DNA of 64,000 nt, taken from NCBI RefSeq assembly GCF_009914755.1, contig NC_060941.1; one strand, written 5' to 3'. Numbering within the stretch: the stretch's first letter is position 1; the number at the start of each line of letters is the position of its first letter. The notes beneath the pieces were generated by a model. The model ran no database searches. It worked only from the letters and a program-made list of their open reading frames with translations, and was not told where the DNA came from. Shown here piece by piece: positions 1 to 17,078 of the stretch. The position numbers were made by a program, and so were the translations under genes. The DNA is from the human T2T-CHM13v2.0 reference genome, Homo sapiens.

Positions 1-13
1 CTTTTTTAAAATC

Positions 14-80
14 ACTGTATCCCCTGTTCCTAGCACAGGGCCTAACACACAGCAGGCATTCAGTGGATATTTGTTGAATT
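14..80 (+). mobile_element. L2 3' end
   Basis: tgtatcccc..cctagcacagggcct..acagcaggcattcagt..atttgttgaat. Confidence 0.65.
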
Positions 81-1289
81 TGATAGATTCCTGAGAAAAA
101 TTTCAGACCAGGTACATTTCTGATCACCTTTAATTTTTTTTCCTGATTGAACCCTAACTCTTTAGTATAACCATAAATGTCTTTTACTAAAAGATAATTC
201 AGGGAAACACATTAATAGCTGCATCTCTAGCAAGGAGGTTTAATGATATCTGTAACTTCTTTTGTACCACAGGTAAGTGAAAGAGAAGAAAAGACACACA
301 ACTGATCTCCAAATGGTATATACAATTATGCGAAATTCTCTTGGGCAAAATGCTATCTCATTTCTCCACGTACATCTTAAAATAAATCTGGCCTATCTTA
401 TCTAGCAGAAAGAGGACAAGGCTCTGAGTCAAACAGCCCCGGTTTCAGTCCTGGCTCTAGCACCTACCCACTCCTCACGTGCGGGGCAGAATCGACTCCT
501 ATGAGAACCAGGTGAGAACGCTGAAGTTTTCTGCCCAATGGCACTGATGATGTAACAACAGAAGAAAGACTGGTGAGGGGGAGAACTCAGTTCAGGCTTC
601 AGGGATCTGAGAAACAGGTAGAATGTAGATGAGCTCCAGAAGAAAGGGAAGGTATGGGAAATGCAGAAATAAGGATGGAGATTCGAATGAGCCATGGCTA
701 ACTGGGGCCGAGAACACATACTGATGAGACTGAAGTGAGTTTTTTAAGGAAGACTCAGAGATGGGCAGAAGAGTCTGGAAATAAGCCAGAAAGCAGAAAG
801 TAAGAGAAAATTAATGTGACAGCAAAAAATAGAGCATAGTTTTTTAATTAAAAACAAAGTTGAGGCTTATAAAGTCAACGTTACCCTAGATCTAAATTAA
901 TACTAGATCTAAACAGTGGTCAGCCTAAGAGCAACCTTGGCAAATGATAACCTAGGCACCCTACAGGTGCTCTGAGGTCCCCATCAGTGAATTGGGGGAG
1001 ACACCTGCTGATGGCCTATCATGCCAGGCAGCTGGGAATGAATGAAATCATGGCTCTAACAGCAACTCAAAACAGTAAGGCACCCGCAAAAATGTAAGAG
1101 ATTTAAAGACACTAAGTTCAGTCAAAAGATACAAGATAAGTTATCAGCCACAAAAGAAAAGTTACCTTCAAGTCCACATCATTAGATACCTCAAAGATGT
1201 GGTTTGGACTAGTCTACCACAAAATCTCCTCCAGCTCTCTGGTTCCCATATTTAGCCCAAAGAGATAGTTCTTGGTTTCCTAGTACAGG

Positions 1290-1440
1290 GGTGCTATCAC
1301 TTTAGAATCTCTCGGGGTGCTTAGAAAAATGCAGGTTCTTAAGCCCTATCCCTAGAGATCTTGAATCAGTAGCTTAGGGTGGGATCTAGAAATCTTTTTT
1401 CTGTCAAATATCCCAAGTGACTGATCCACTTGGAGCATAA
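1290..1440. mobile_element. MER5-like DNA transposon
   Basis: agaatc...aaatgcagg...ccctagagat...tcagtag. Confidence 0.5.
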
Positions 1441-1537
1441 ACTACATTTTAAGAAAGAAAATCCCTTATATTTTTTAAAAAAGGCAAATTTAAAAAATCA
1501 CTAACACAGAAAAAAGATAATATACTTTCAGATTTGA

Positions 1538-1937
<400 letters not shown>

Positions 1938-2168
1938 TGAATTTCTTTTTTAAAGTCCAAGTAGTTTTCCTGAAAATTCACACCACTAACACATATCTGT
2001 GTTGGGCTCACTGACAACCACTACAAGGGGACTTGATATAAATCCATTCCTCTTTTTCCACAGGAAGCATTATCGAGCACTTCTGTGTTTTTATCGTTTG
2101 CTGACTACCAAGAACCGTAACATGCCCTCACTCGTTTGCAAGGGCTGGCTGGGAAACCTTTGTGATCA

Positions 2169-2565
<397 letters not shown>

Positions 2566-2620
2566 TCACGTGCCCCCACAAGCATGAGACAAAGAAAACA
2601 GGGAGGCAGCCACTGGATAC

Positions 2621-2735
2621 CTCTCGAGCAGCAACAGAGACGAGAGTGTCCATGACCGCCAGGACTTCACTGATGTTCATCTTGGCCAGGTCGTTCTTCT
2701 CAGGTAAAAGAAGAAGGCCGCCTGGATCCTTGTCA
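2621..2735 (-). CDS. ZZEF1: ZZEF1 exon 18 (115 nt)
   Basis: tttcag|T..GAG|gtatcc; DKDPGGLLLLPEKNDLAKMNISEVLAVMDTLVSVAARE. Confidence 0.93.
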
Positions 2736-3681
2736 CTGAAAGGATACAAATTAGTCATGACACCTGGCTTCAGGAGAAAGATTTTTATACTATTTTAAAA
2801 GATTCCAAAACAGAGCGCAGAAAGGTTTCAGTGTCATTTCCATGGGATGGGAGGAGTTTGGGTCAGGAATACAGGCTGTGGACCCAGCTGGGGCTGTGCC
2901 GCTGTCTGTCCACATGTGCTTCCATTAGCACAGACTCACAAATCCTCCAGTCCTGGATGAGACCCTGAGGTAGAAGGCTGATGAATAAATCACCTTGGCC
3001 ACCAATATGAAATACACCTCATCTCACGACTGCTAGCTTCAAAGTCCTGGCTAAACGTTCCTTGTGTCTTCACATGTCTTCACAGGACGGCCCCAGGCCC
3101 TTTCAGCATCCTTGCTACTTGATTCTGAGCACATTTTAAACAGACAGCCCTCTAAGTCTGGCATCCATACCAGGTATAGTCTGACTTGCAGGCAGTCGCT
3201 AAGGATATTAGTTCCCTTCCTCCTTCAAGAGTCAATACTTCTAGTAATGAAGCCTGTAGGCCCATTTAGCTTCTCTGGTAGTTGAAACAGGCAAAAATCT
3301 CGAAGACCTCCCCTCCCAGCACACTTCCTTCCACAAACTATCATTCTGGGCTTCTGTAGCTGGTTTTAACGTGACACGAATACAAGACCCTACATTCCTT
3401 TGGCTTCAGTTTTTGTTGTTAAACATTACTTGGAAACTGAAGTGTTCAAAAAGACCCTCAACGGGCTCAATCTGAAATTGTCTTAAAATGGATGGGAACT
3501 GGATTGGGCTGTCAACAAGATTATTATTTTACCACTATTTGGGTCACCCACAGAAACTCGGCTTTCTAACTGAGTGGCAGGAAGTACTACTTCGAAGGCA
3601 CATGAAAGGAAGGGCAAGCTCAAGAAAACAACTTTGCAAAGATTTGAGTTATCCGACAATTAAAAAGAACGATCAGCTTAC

Positions 3682-3749
3682 CTAAAATACGTGCACAGTG
3701 AACGGAAAGTGAGCTGCAGGGACTGCTTGTGCTCCTGCTCGGTGACATT
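3682..3749 (-). CDS. ZZEF1: ZZEF1 exon 17 (68 nt, or 71 nt to 3752 via NAGNAG acceptor)
   Basis: ttcTAG AAG|AAT..TTAG|gtaagc; (K)NVTEQEHKQSLQLTFRSLCTYF; which AG dominates cannot be read from sequence. Confidence 0.88.
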
Positions 3750-4028
3750 CTTCTAGAAAACCAGAAATTGTATATTCAGAAAATCTAGTCCATGACATTC
3801 CAGAGACCTAGAGCGGCAATGAAACATCACCACCCCACTGTTCTCAAGTATGAGGAATGCCAGGCCAGCAGACTACCTCACAGCACCCCACTAAAACCCG
3901 CTCAAGTACTAAGATGGAGCAGAACCAACCATCTAAATACAAGGTGGTAGGTGCACTTGGTTCACTGCCAAAGTCAACAGAAGGTTCAAGTTTCCTGCTT
4001 AGGGAAATGACCTCATAAAGAGATATAC

Positions 4029-4459
<431 letters not shown>

Positions 4460-4765
4460 TAACTTCTCAGCATGAGAAGACACCAATGTCATTCAAAACG
4501 TCATGCGTCCTGTTTCTACTTTCTGTGTAGGACACATGCTTGGAAATTAATCATTTGCTCAGCTACCTGGTAAACACTTGCACCAAACAAGTAGGATAGA
4601 GACCCACCCACAGTCCAGTGGCTCAGGTCAGCTGATGCTGTCAAAGGTTATGTAACTCACAATGTGAGAAGTGATTCCTCAGGCTGATATGCAAATTTTA
4701 TATATAGCTGGAATTACACAAACAAATATCCTTCCTCTTCTCTGAAACCTTCCTCAATCACTTAG

Positions 4766-5149
<384 letters not shown>

Positions 5150-5199
5150 TAGTTTCCTTTGTCAAATTCTTTTAAATAATTCTATTAGTTGCTTGACTA

Positions 5200-5725
5200 C
5201 ACAGACAATAAAAAGTAATCTATAATCATATCAAAACAAATAAATATTTGTTTTATTCTATTATTTTTAACACTTCTTTCCCTTGTCCTACAGCACTAGC
5301 TAGGCCCTCCAATGCAACATCAAAGAGAAGCAACGACAGTAAGCATCCTTGTCTTATTCCGCATTTTGAGAGGAATGCTTCTAGTGATCCATCAAATACA
5401 TTGCTTATTGTGGGTTTTCGATACATGCCCTCTACCAGATTGAAGGAGTTTCTATTTTGAGTTTGCTAATGAAAACATATTGTTTCATTGTTTTAATCAT
5501 CAGAATTTAATCTTATTAAAATATTTTCTGCATTTAGTGATTTTTTTTTTTCCTCTCTGATTCCATTTACATATTTTCTACTGCTGAACCATCACTGGAT
5601 TTCCAGCATAAATCCAACTTGGCCATAATTTTGTTTATATGTTGTTGCACTGGTTAATTAATATTTCATTAGGGTTCTTCTAACTATGTTCATAAGTAAG
5701 AGTGGCCTATAATTTTGCTGTCTTG
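5200..5725 (-). mobile_element. Old L1M fragment
   Basis: gcatccttgtcttattcc...tgaaggagtttctatt pattern typical of antisense L1 ORF2. Confidence 0.6.
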
Positions 5726-6031
5726 TACACATTTCTCTAATTTGTCCCCTTGGTATACTTACACTTCCCTGTGTTTTACCATCATTGTAACACAGGAACC
5801 TGTGAAGTTCCTCTACCTAGGTGTTTTTGATATGGCCTAGAGAGAAAAAGTTTTGTTTTGTTTTACATTTTTTCATGTATCATACTCATTTTCATACAGA
5901 AATACTTCCTTCAGAAATAAAAACCTGGATCTTTGTATAGAATATTCCATTTGGTAACACAGTGCTTATAGATACTAAAAGCATTTTTCACCCCAGCTAC
6001 TAATGTCTGAGGAACACGAAGAAGTGGTCTA

Positions 6032-6376
<345 letters not shown>

Positions 6377-6913
6377 TTGGTGGTATTAGTTTTACAGATA
6401 TATACTGAAATATTTATGAATCAAATGTCAGGAAGTTACCTTGAAATAATAATGGTCAGTGGGGAAAGGAGGAAAGGGGGGTGAGGTACACTGTAGGTAA
6501 AACAAGATTAGCGTGAATTTATGACTGTTGAAGCTAGGTGACAGGTACATTTGGGGGACAGGGGCATTCACTATACTATTTAGTTAGCTTTGGTATTTGT
6601 TTTGAATTTGCCTATAATACAAAGGTAAAATGTGGAAAAGAAAGGATGGTTGTAGGCAAGTCACAAAGATGAAGGAGACTACACTGTCACTTTGTGAGAC
6701 ATCCGATCATGAAACACAGATTGGGAATACGTGTCATCCCACTCTGAGTGGAGTGCCATGTCCTTAGATATCTGTCCCACACAAAGCTCTGCATATAATA
6801 TTAATACACATCTGGGACGTTGCAACAGACGATATATTCAGAGGTAACAAAGCCTAGCAAATTTCATCCTCACAGACTTCAGACATTGAATCCAGACTTT
6901 TAGTAATAATTAC

Positions 6914-7047
6914 CATCATGGTGAAGAGATGGTTCCGTCGGGTCTGTCGATTAGGAAAGAAGATGGCAGCCCCATTGAGAAGGGTATTCCTGACTTCTTG
7001 TTTTAGTATCTCCATGGGCACAGAGTCTCCATCCACCTTGTCCACCA
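6914..7047 (-). CDS. ZZEF1: ZZEF1 exon 16 (134 nt)
   Basis: tatcag|TG..ATG|gtaatt; VDKVDGDSVPMEILKQEVRNTLLNGAAIFFPN. Confidence 0.93.
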
Positions 7048-7518
7048 CTGATAAAATGAACAATGGCATCAGCTTTCATATATTCCATCTATTCGCTTAT
7101 ACATCTGCTATAACTAGCCTATAAATTCACTACTCTCCATTTTGTACTTAATACCAGAGTGAAGAAGTATTTCTGTACAGGCCAGGCAGTATAAAAAAAT
7201 ATTTTTTATTTGCTTTCATTTAACTAAAACAAAGACCGTATGTATCAGTTTTTATGTCATTACTTCCCTGTCCTTTTGAGACACAACTTGGCAAAGCCTT
7301 AAATAAAACTTCAGAAGCCCACGTGTTTCACTCCCCCTCAATCTATCAGCCTCATCTGAGTGACTTAGTTGAAGTTAAGGCTCAACAGTATGATAGTAAT
7401 GACTCTCAACATAACACAGCTATAGATCTGAAACCAGGAGGAAGAGAAGTCAGCTGAGGAAGGAATAAATCCTGAACTCAAACTAGTAGCTCAAAAGAGC
7501 ATCAGGGGAAACACTCGT

Positions 7519-7634
7519 TTCCCACAGCGGCAATCCCTTTCTGGGGGATTCCCACAGCGGCAATCCCTTTCTGGGGGATTCCCACAGCGGCAATCCCTTT
7601 CTGGGGGATTCCCACAGCGGCAATCCCTTTCTGG
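7519..7634. repeat. Perfect 30-bp tandem repeat, about 3.9 copies
   Basis: (ttcccacagcggcaatccctttctggggga)n. Confidence 0.97.
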
Positions 7635-7729
7635 CTCGCATCATCGTAGGACAGCCCTCTTCTCTATAGCAAGAGGCCCTTCACGCTACCTACACAGGGT
7701 TGTATTAAAGAGAAAACCCAAATCCCTAC

Positions 7730-7899
7730 CATCACACAAGTGTGTGTACAGCTCCTTGGCAGCCTCTACTCCTTTAGGGCTTTGGATTGGAGCCTTTTCC
7801 TCCTCAGAAGCAGCCAGTACATCTCCCTGCAGCACAGAGAAGCAGCTCTGGAGTAGCTGCAGAAGCAGGGTTTGGGCAGAGACGCATTCTTCCCTCGGG
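7730..7899 (-). CDS. ZZEF1: ZZEF1 exon 15 (170 nt)
   Basis: ctgtag|C..GATG|gtaggg; PREECVSAQTLLLQLLQSCFSVLQGD. Confidence 0.93.
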
Positions 7900-8126
7900 C
7901 TACAGAAAGACAAAAAACATCAGAGAGCAAAAGGGCAAGTTGCATTTACTCTCCAAAGCCATATAGCTGTCTACAAAGGACTTTCCTCTAGGCATCAGGC
8001 TCGATGAAAATAATGCCAACTGATGCAAACTGAGAGGAAGAAGGGTGGACCAGAAAGAACACTGTACTAAATGTCTGGAAACAGATCCCATCTGACTCTG
8101 CCCACTGTGGGGAAGGAAGTTCATTT

Positions 8127-8423
8127 CTTTTTGTTGTTGTTGTTGAGACCGAGTCTCACTCTGTCTCCCAGGCTGGAGTGCAGTGGTGTGATCTCAGCTC
8201 ACTGCATCTCAGCCTCCCAGGTTCAAGCAATTCTTCCGCCTCAGCCTCCCAAGTAGCTGAGATTACAGGTGCCCACCACCACACCCAGCTAATTTTTGTA
8301 TTTTTAGTAGAGACGGGGTTTCACCATATTGGCCAGGCTGGTCTCGAACTCCTGACCTTGTGATCCACCCGCCTCAGCCTCCCAAAGTGCTGGGATTACA
8401 GGCGTGAGCCACCGCGCCCAGGC
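8127..8423 (-). mobile_element. Alu
   Basis: TSD aggaagttcatttc. Confidence 0.9.
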
Positions 8424-8677
8424 AGGAAGTTCATTTCTGATCCTACTTTTTCATCTGTAAAATGAGGACAGTACTGTAATCCTTGACCTGCTTACTACTG
8501 CCTAAATATTTTATAGAAATCTGAGGTGTTATTTTCAATAATAACCATATATTTTAAATCGAACCATAAACACTGGTAGGAAGTAAAAAAAAAATTAGGA
8601 AAAAAATCCACTTAGAATAGTAAAACTCATTGTTTTCAGTTTATGTGCTTATCACCTTATAACAAATTCTGACCTAC

Positions 8678-8778
8678 TTTTGCTTTAATTTACTGTAAAA
8701 ATTCCAGAAGATCTGCAAATCAAGACCCGCGAAGTCCAGAAAAGATTTATATTTTAAGCCACTTTCCTTCTGCTGCAC
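8678..8778 (-). CDS. ZZEF1: ZZEF1 exon 14 (101 nt)
   Basis: ttttag|GTG..CAAAA|gtaggt; VQQKESGLKYKSFLDFAGLDLQIFWNFYSKLKQ. Confidence 0.9.
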
Positions 8779-9020
8779 CTAAAAAATTATAAAGATCAGA
8801 ATAAATAAAACTGAAAAATGCATTTAGAGAAATACTGTAATGCCTCATTTACTTCTAATTGTAAAGGGATGAGGTGGCTCTACATGAGTGAGACTTTCAT
8901 ATTACTGATGCTTACTCTTAACTACAAAAAGGTTTGCCAACAACTATTTTTGGTTTGAAACTTTCTAAAATATATGTGTGTGTTATATGTATGTATGTAT
9001 GTAAGTGTATATAGATATAT

Positions 9021-9026
9021 ACACAC

Positions 9027-9068
<42 letters not shown>
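9021..9068. repeat. (CA)n microsatellite
   Basis: Direct read. Confidence 0.95.
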
Positions 9069-9069
<1 letters not shown>

Positions 9070-9919
9070 CCATGAACGCTCCTGACTTCCTAACCCAGCA
9101 CATAAGCCAGTCTTTCCTGGATGATCACTGTCCAGGACTGTACTACAATATACTGACGCCTTCCCCGTGCATGGACTGAAAGGTATCAATCCTTCCGTAA
9201 GCATGCCTGTTATTTCCAGGCTTCTCCTTCTTATTTGCTCTTTTCTACTGTGATAGGAGGTCTGAATAACGAAGACCAAACAAACCTTATATGAACTGAG
9301 TCACCAGCCTCTGAATGTGCCCTGAAGCAGAATGGGGATCAAGAGTGGACACTGCTATACACTACACATGCGAGGGCTCCACCCACTGAACTCCCGAGGC
9401 TATGGTGATGGCTGTAAGAATCTTCCTTTGAGTGAGTTGTCACTGTGTTATATTACTGACTGTAAGAGTCAGTATCAAAAAAGTTAGAAATCAAAAAATC
9501 ATTTTTGATTCGAAATCCTGCCATTATTTTCGTATTTTCAGTAAATAATGAAAATTCACCTAGACCTCAGTTATAATTCTTCTAGGACTTAAAGAAGATG
9601 CAAATCCCATGAACTCTGTTCTGTTTGTTTCCCCATGGCAGCCACGGCCAGGGCTCTTGAAGATGTGTCTGTAGGTCTACTCCGGGAGAAGCCACAATGA
9701 TGGCCACAGGCCACTCACTGACTCACAGGCCACTTCCCTGACTCATGCCATGAATGCCCAACAGCTCACTTTCCTCAGCTTTTCATGTCCCTGCAGCAGT
9801 ACAATGCCCATCCTATTGGCTTCCGCAGGGGCAGGTTTTATCAGTTGGTGTTCATTTCTCTGAATACTGTCATTCACTTTTCCTAAAGGAATGCCGTCTA
9901 ACAACTGAGGAAGCCCTAC

Positions 9920-10135
9920 CAGGTCATGGGCGAGCTGCTGGATAAACTGAAGGGTCCTGAGGAGCAACGTGGCCCCACAGACACTCTCCTCTGTGTCCTT
10001 TCTGCAGTGTGCACAGGTGACGCTCTGTTCTGCTTCTGCTCTTGCAGGCCGGAGGTACCCACTGATGGTCAAGCCTTGCACTCCCAAGCGCTCTGCTGAC
10101 TCCTGACGGGTGCAGAGGAACTTCACCATCAAATA
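9920..10135 (-). CDS. ZZEF1: ZZEF1 exon 13 (216 nt)
   Basis: gtccag|TAT..CTG|gtaggg; YLMVKFLCTRQESAERLGVQGLTISGY. Confidence 0.93.
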
Positions 10136-10813
10136 CTGGACAGGACAAGAGAGATTTCAATAGAAGAACTCAGAATCCCTGAATATTGATTAAAGAGGGA
10201 AAAAGGCCTTTCCGGGAAGGTCTTCCTATGATTTTCGTAATTTATTAGGAAACATTATGCTCAGCACTAGGGACACAAAATATAAGTCCAGCATTTACAG
10301 TACAGAGAAAAAAAAGACAATACAAATGTTGAATAAAGTCAGGTTTGGGTAGATTACAGTAAGGAAAATTGCATCATTACTCCCTCTTGGAGGCAAAAAC
10401 CAGAATAGAGGATGAAGAAAAGTACATTTGCTCTGTGGCAGTCATTTTGAAACAGAAATCAGATATAAGACGAAAACAGTCAATGCCCTCCACCTCAAAG
10501 CCCCCAAGTGATATAGGCAACCCCTAAGCTAGAAACCCAGGAAAACAGTCCTGTCTACTCAAATCTAGGGCCATTTTCCAAACCCAACTTTCATGCAAAC
10601 TACCTGCTTCTTATGGTGAGCGCTCTTTGTTAAGGGCCTTTCAGAATACACTACTCAACTGCGTAAATATTTACCGAGCACCTACTATTACGTGCCCTTA
10701 AGAGAGTTCCTAATTACTTATTTAAGCCTGAGATTTACATCCAAGGTTTAGCAAAAAATTAAGCAGCCAAATAATGATTGGTCCTTTCTATGGAAAGACA
10801 CCTCTCTTGAGTT

Positions 10814-11684
10814 GATGCCTGTGTTCTCACTATTCTCTCAGCCTGAGGTGCCCTCCTCCACACACTGTAGCCTGGCTAAGGATGCTGTGTTCTCACTATT
10901 CTCTCAGCCTGAGGCGCCCTCCTCCACACACTGTAGCCTGGCTAAGGATGCTGTGTTCTCACTATTCTCTCAGCCTGAGGCGCCCTCCTCCACACACTGT
11001 AGCCTGGCTAAGGATGCTGTGTTCTCAACTATTCTCTCAGCCTGAGACGCCCTCCTCCACACACTGCAGCCTGGCTAAGGATGCTGTGTTCTCAACTATT
11101 CTCTCAGCCTGAGACGCCCTCCTCCACACACTGCAGCCTGGCTAAGGATGCTGTGTTCTCAACTATTCTCTCAGCCTGAGACGCCCTCCTCCACACACTG
11201 CAGCCTGGCTAAGGATGCTGTGTTCTCAACTATTCTCTCAGCCTGAGACGCCCTCCTCCACACACTGCAGCCTGGCTAAGGATGCTGTGTTCTCAACTAT
11301 TCTCTCAGCCTGAGACGCCCTCCTCCACACACTGCAGCCTGGCTAAGGATGCTGTGTTCTCAACTATTCTCTCAGCCTGAGACGCCCTCCTCCACACACT
11401 GTAGCCTGGCTAAGGATGCTGTGTTCTCAACTATTCTCTCAGCCTGAGACGCCCTCCTCCACACACTGCAGCCTGGCTAAGGATGCTGTGTTCTCACTAT
11501 TCTCTCAGCCTGAGGCGCCCTCCTCCACACACTGTAGCCTGGCTAAGGATGCTGTGTTCTCACTATTCTCTCAGCCTGAGGCGCCCTCCTCCACACACTG
11601 TAGCCTGGCTAAGGATGCTGTGTTCTCAACTATTCTCTCAGCCTGAGACGCCCTCCTCCACACACTGTAGCCTGGCTAAGGATG
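10814..11684. repeat. Minisatellite/VNTR, 13 units of 66/67 bp
   Basis: Unit gatgctgtgttctca(a)ctattctctcagcctgag(g/a)cgccctcctccacacactg(t/c)agcctggctaag counted directly. Confidence 0.97.
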
Positions 11685-11960
11685 ACAACTTAATCTTCAA
11701 CATTTGACATCACACCACCCTTCCTGAGAAGCTTTCGAGTTACATATTTTTCCCCTGGTTGCCAACAGCTCTCTGTCTCTCCTTTTATCACAGCTCGTAT
11801 CACACTGTCTTACACATCTGTCTCTCCCACAGAGTATGAACTCCCTGAAGGTAGATTCGCCTCTGGGGTTGTAGCATTGGCACAGGGCTGATACACAATC
11901 ACTACTCAAAAAACACAGAATAAAAGGAGGGGAGTGGGCAAACGACGCATTAATGCTTAC

Positions 11961-12072
11961 TTTGGCAACTCTGCACTGTTGCAGCTTCACATCTGCTTCA
12001 TCCCATTCTTCTTCCAGTTCAAACCAGCCAATAGGATCATCCTCTCCAAGGTCATCAGATGAGCAACCAATC
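11961..12072 (-). CDS. ZZEF1: ZZEF1 exon 12 (112 nt)
   Basis: ttacag|G..AAA|gtaagc; IGCSSDDLGEDDPIGWFELEEEWDEADVKLQQCRVAK. Confidence 0.93.
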
Positions 12073-12741
12073 CTGTAAAGACAAGAGTATTCACAAAACA
12101 TTTTATTTTGAAACTTCTCAAGGGTCTAACAAATAAGGTATCATCTAAGTGACATGTAACTTGTATCTGTAGCCTGTCAGTGAACAATCGAGAGCTGACT
12201 ATGGTACATGGTACCCTGTGAGCACATGAGACAGTTGGTAGTATTGCCTTTCCATTGCTCAGTCTCCTTCTCTATGAACTGGGAAATATAATCTGGGAAC
12301 TAAGGAGAAAGTTTGCTTCTCTAATTGGCTCATCTGAAGAATGAGACAGAAAGTCGGGCATTGTGGATGACTCAGGAGTAAGGTCCAATGCAACAGCTGG
12401 CATGTGCTTCTGGAAAGTGCCAGAAAAGAGGCAGGCTTGGTTTTCTTTCCCTAGGTCTGGCTAACATGTTTATGACCAACCTGAGGTTTGGGCCACTTGC
12501 AATAGCTGATGGGTAAACATCTGAGGGCTTTCAGATCCTGGAGGTCCAAAAAAACAAAAACCCCAGCCTTCGTAGGCCTCAGTATTCTTGTCTGTTTCTT
12601 AAGAAGTTCTTTCAGAAAAACATTCCAGCCTTGAGGCTGAAGAGATGTCTTCTCTTCTTTTTAAGAGAATGTATGCCACTTCTTTTTAAAAGCTGAACAC
12701 TTAAATGCTACTCCCTTTTCAGGAATTAAGTAACTAAGATG

Positions 12742-13398
<657 letters not shown>

Positions 13399-13472
13399 CT
13401 AAAACTTTACACTATTCAGTCTGTGATATATAGCCACCAAGCTGGCGACACATTAGTATTTTATATGGGTAA

Positions 13473-13855
<383 letters not shown>

Positions 13856-14799
13856 AAAATGTCCCTTCTTAACATAAGTCTTTCTTGGCATAAACCTTTC
13901 ATGACACAGTTAACCCTAATGGGAAACGGTATTCTCTTAAGCCAAAACCATGTCAATGAGTTTCATCAATATCATAAGCTTAAAGATTTTTTAATCTACT
14001 CTTTGGGAGTTGTCAAGGAAATCTTCGAGATACAGAAAGCTGGCAGGGTATCAGAGAACAGAGAGAAGCAATCTTGTTCCCTACACTGCACTACATAGTA
14101 GGCAAGATGGAAGACAGATGAATCCTAGTCCTCTGACGTAGGCACAGCACCAACTGCTGACCCTGGAGCATGCTGACTGACGAACGCCTGACCAGGAGGA
14201 CATGACCAAAAAAAAAAAAAAGGCAAAAAGAAAATGCATGCACATTAATATTTTGATTTCCAAACTGGAGAGGGACTGGTGAATATGTAGGCCAACAAAA
14301 TCACGATTTAAGAGTCATTCAGGCTGGAATCAGGAGCTAAAATCATTAAGGGAGTGGTGAATAGGCCTGTATTTAGGTTAAAAAAAAATCATCCTGTATA
14401 AGATGTAAAAGACCTTGTTTAACAGCAGGTTTAGGGGAAATGACCCATTTTAATTTGTCCCAAGAGTAGGACATAGCTGCCTAAAACCCAGTGTCATCTC
14501 TAGTTATTACTTTAAAAGAAAAGCAGTGTTTAAAAAGGCATACACGTGTAACGGAAGGGAGATTTTAGGAGTGAAAGACATTTGTTCAAATTCATTAGAG
14601 GGCTGAAACGAAGACCACTGAAGAGACATTACAAATGTGGATTTCAACTGAACAAATTCTGATTACTGAAGTGCCTGATACGTGGTGAGTTTTCCATCAA
14701 CGGTATTGTAGAGAGGCTGACCGAACCTTTGCCAGGAATGCTGCTAAAGGAATTGCAGCAAGAAGAGCGAATTATTCGAATTATTCTAGATCCTTACGA

Positions 14800-14955
14800 T
14801 TTCAAGTATGGTCCACAGACAGGTAGCATCAGAATCTCCCGAGAGCCTGTAAGAAATCAGTCTCAGACCCCACCCAGAGCTCCTGAATCAGAATGTGCAT
14901 TTTCACAAATTCCCTGGCTGATGTGTATGCACACTAAAGCTCAAGGAGTACTGCA
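14800..14955. mobile_element. MER5A-like DNA transposon
   Basis: gcatcagaatc...ccccacccaga...tgaatcagaatgtgcatttt. Confidence 0.7.
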
Positions 14956-15129
14956 GTGGATGGTACTGAAAGGCTTCTATTAACACCAGCAATCCACTAC
15001 CCATGAAATAATGCAGGCAAGTTCAGGGTTTCAGCTCCTTGAGTATTTTTTTTTCTTGTCTTAGCTTCTTCAATTTTAACTCACTAGTAGCAATAGGGGA
15101 GGTAACCTTATCCAAGGGGGCACCAGTGG

Positions 15130-16740
<1,611 letters not shown>

Positions 16741-17078
16741 AAAAGCAGGAATGGGAGAAGGGGGGTTGGGGCAATGGCTAAAGACTGCAGGCTGTCCACA
16801 ATTCAGGCATAGATAGATCATTACCCAGCCATTGTGAAGATGTGTGCCCCTGGCCACAAAAGGGACTGAGTAACATGCTATGAACAAATTAACATACACA
16901 TCTTCAGATATGCTACTAGAAAGCAATGAAGGCTTATGGCCACTGAGATGGATTAGTGGCGCCTTTTCTATAAAGACAAGCAAGCACAGTTCACCAATGA
17001 GCATGAATACATTCTTATTAACTACAAAGATTTTTGTTCTGTAGATCTTTGTTCTACAAAGATTTTTTACCTTCTTAC

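Noticed and set aside
3880-3915. cacagcaccc...caagtactaa, faintly like antisense 5S rRNA
   Set aside because: Match too short and spacing wrong
7519-7634. Hairpin-forming 30-bp repeats resembling CRISPR direct repeats
   Set aside because: No unique spacers, no cas genes, eukaryotic intron
10812-11707. Repetitive ORFs (AKDAVFSLFSQPEAPSSTHCSL)n
   Set aside because: By-product of 66-bp units; 67-bp units break the frame; antisense to ZZEF1 with no gene structure
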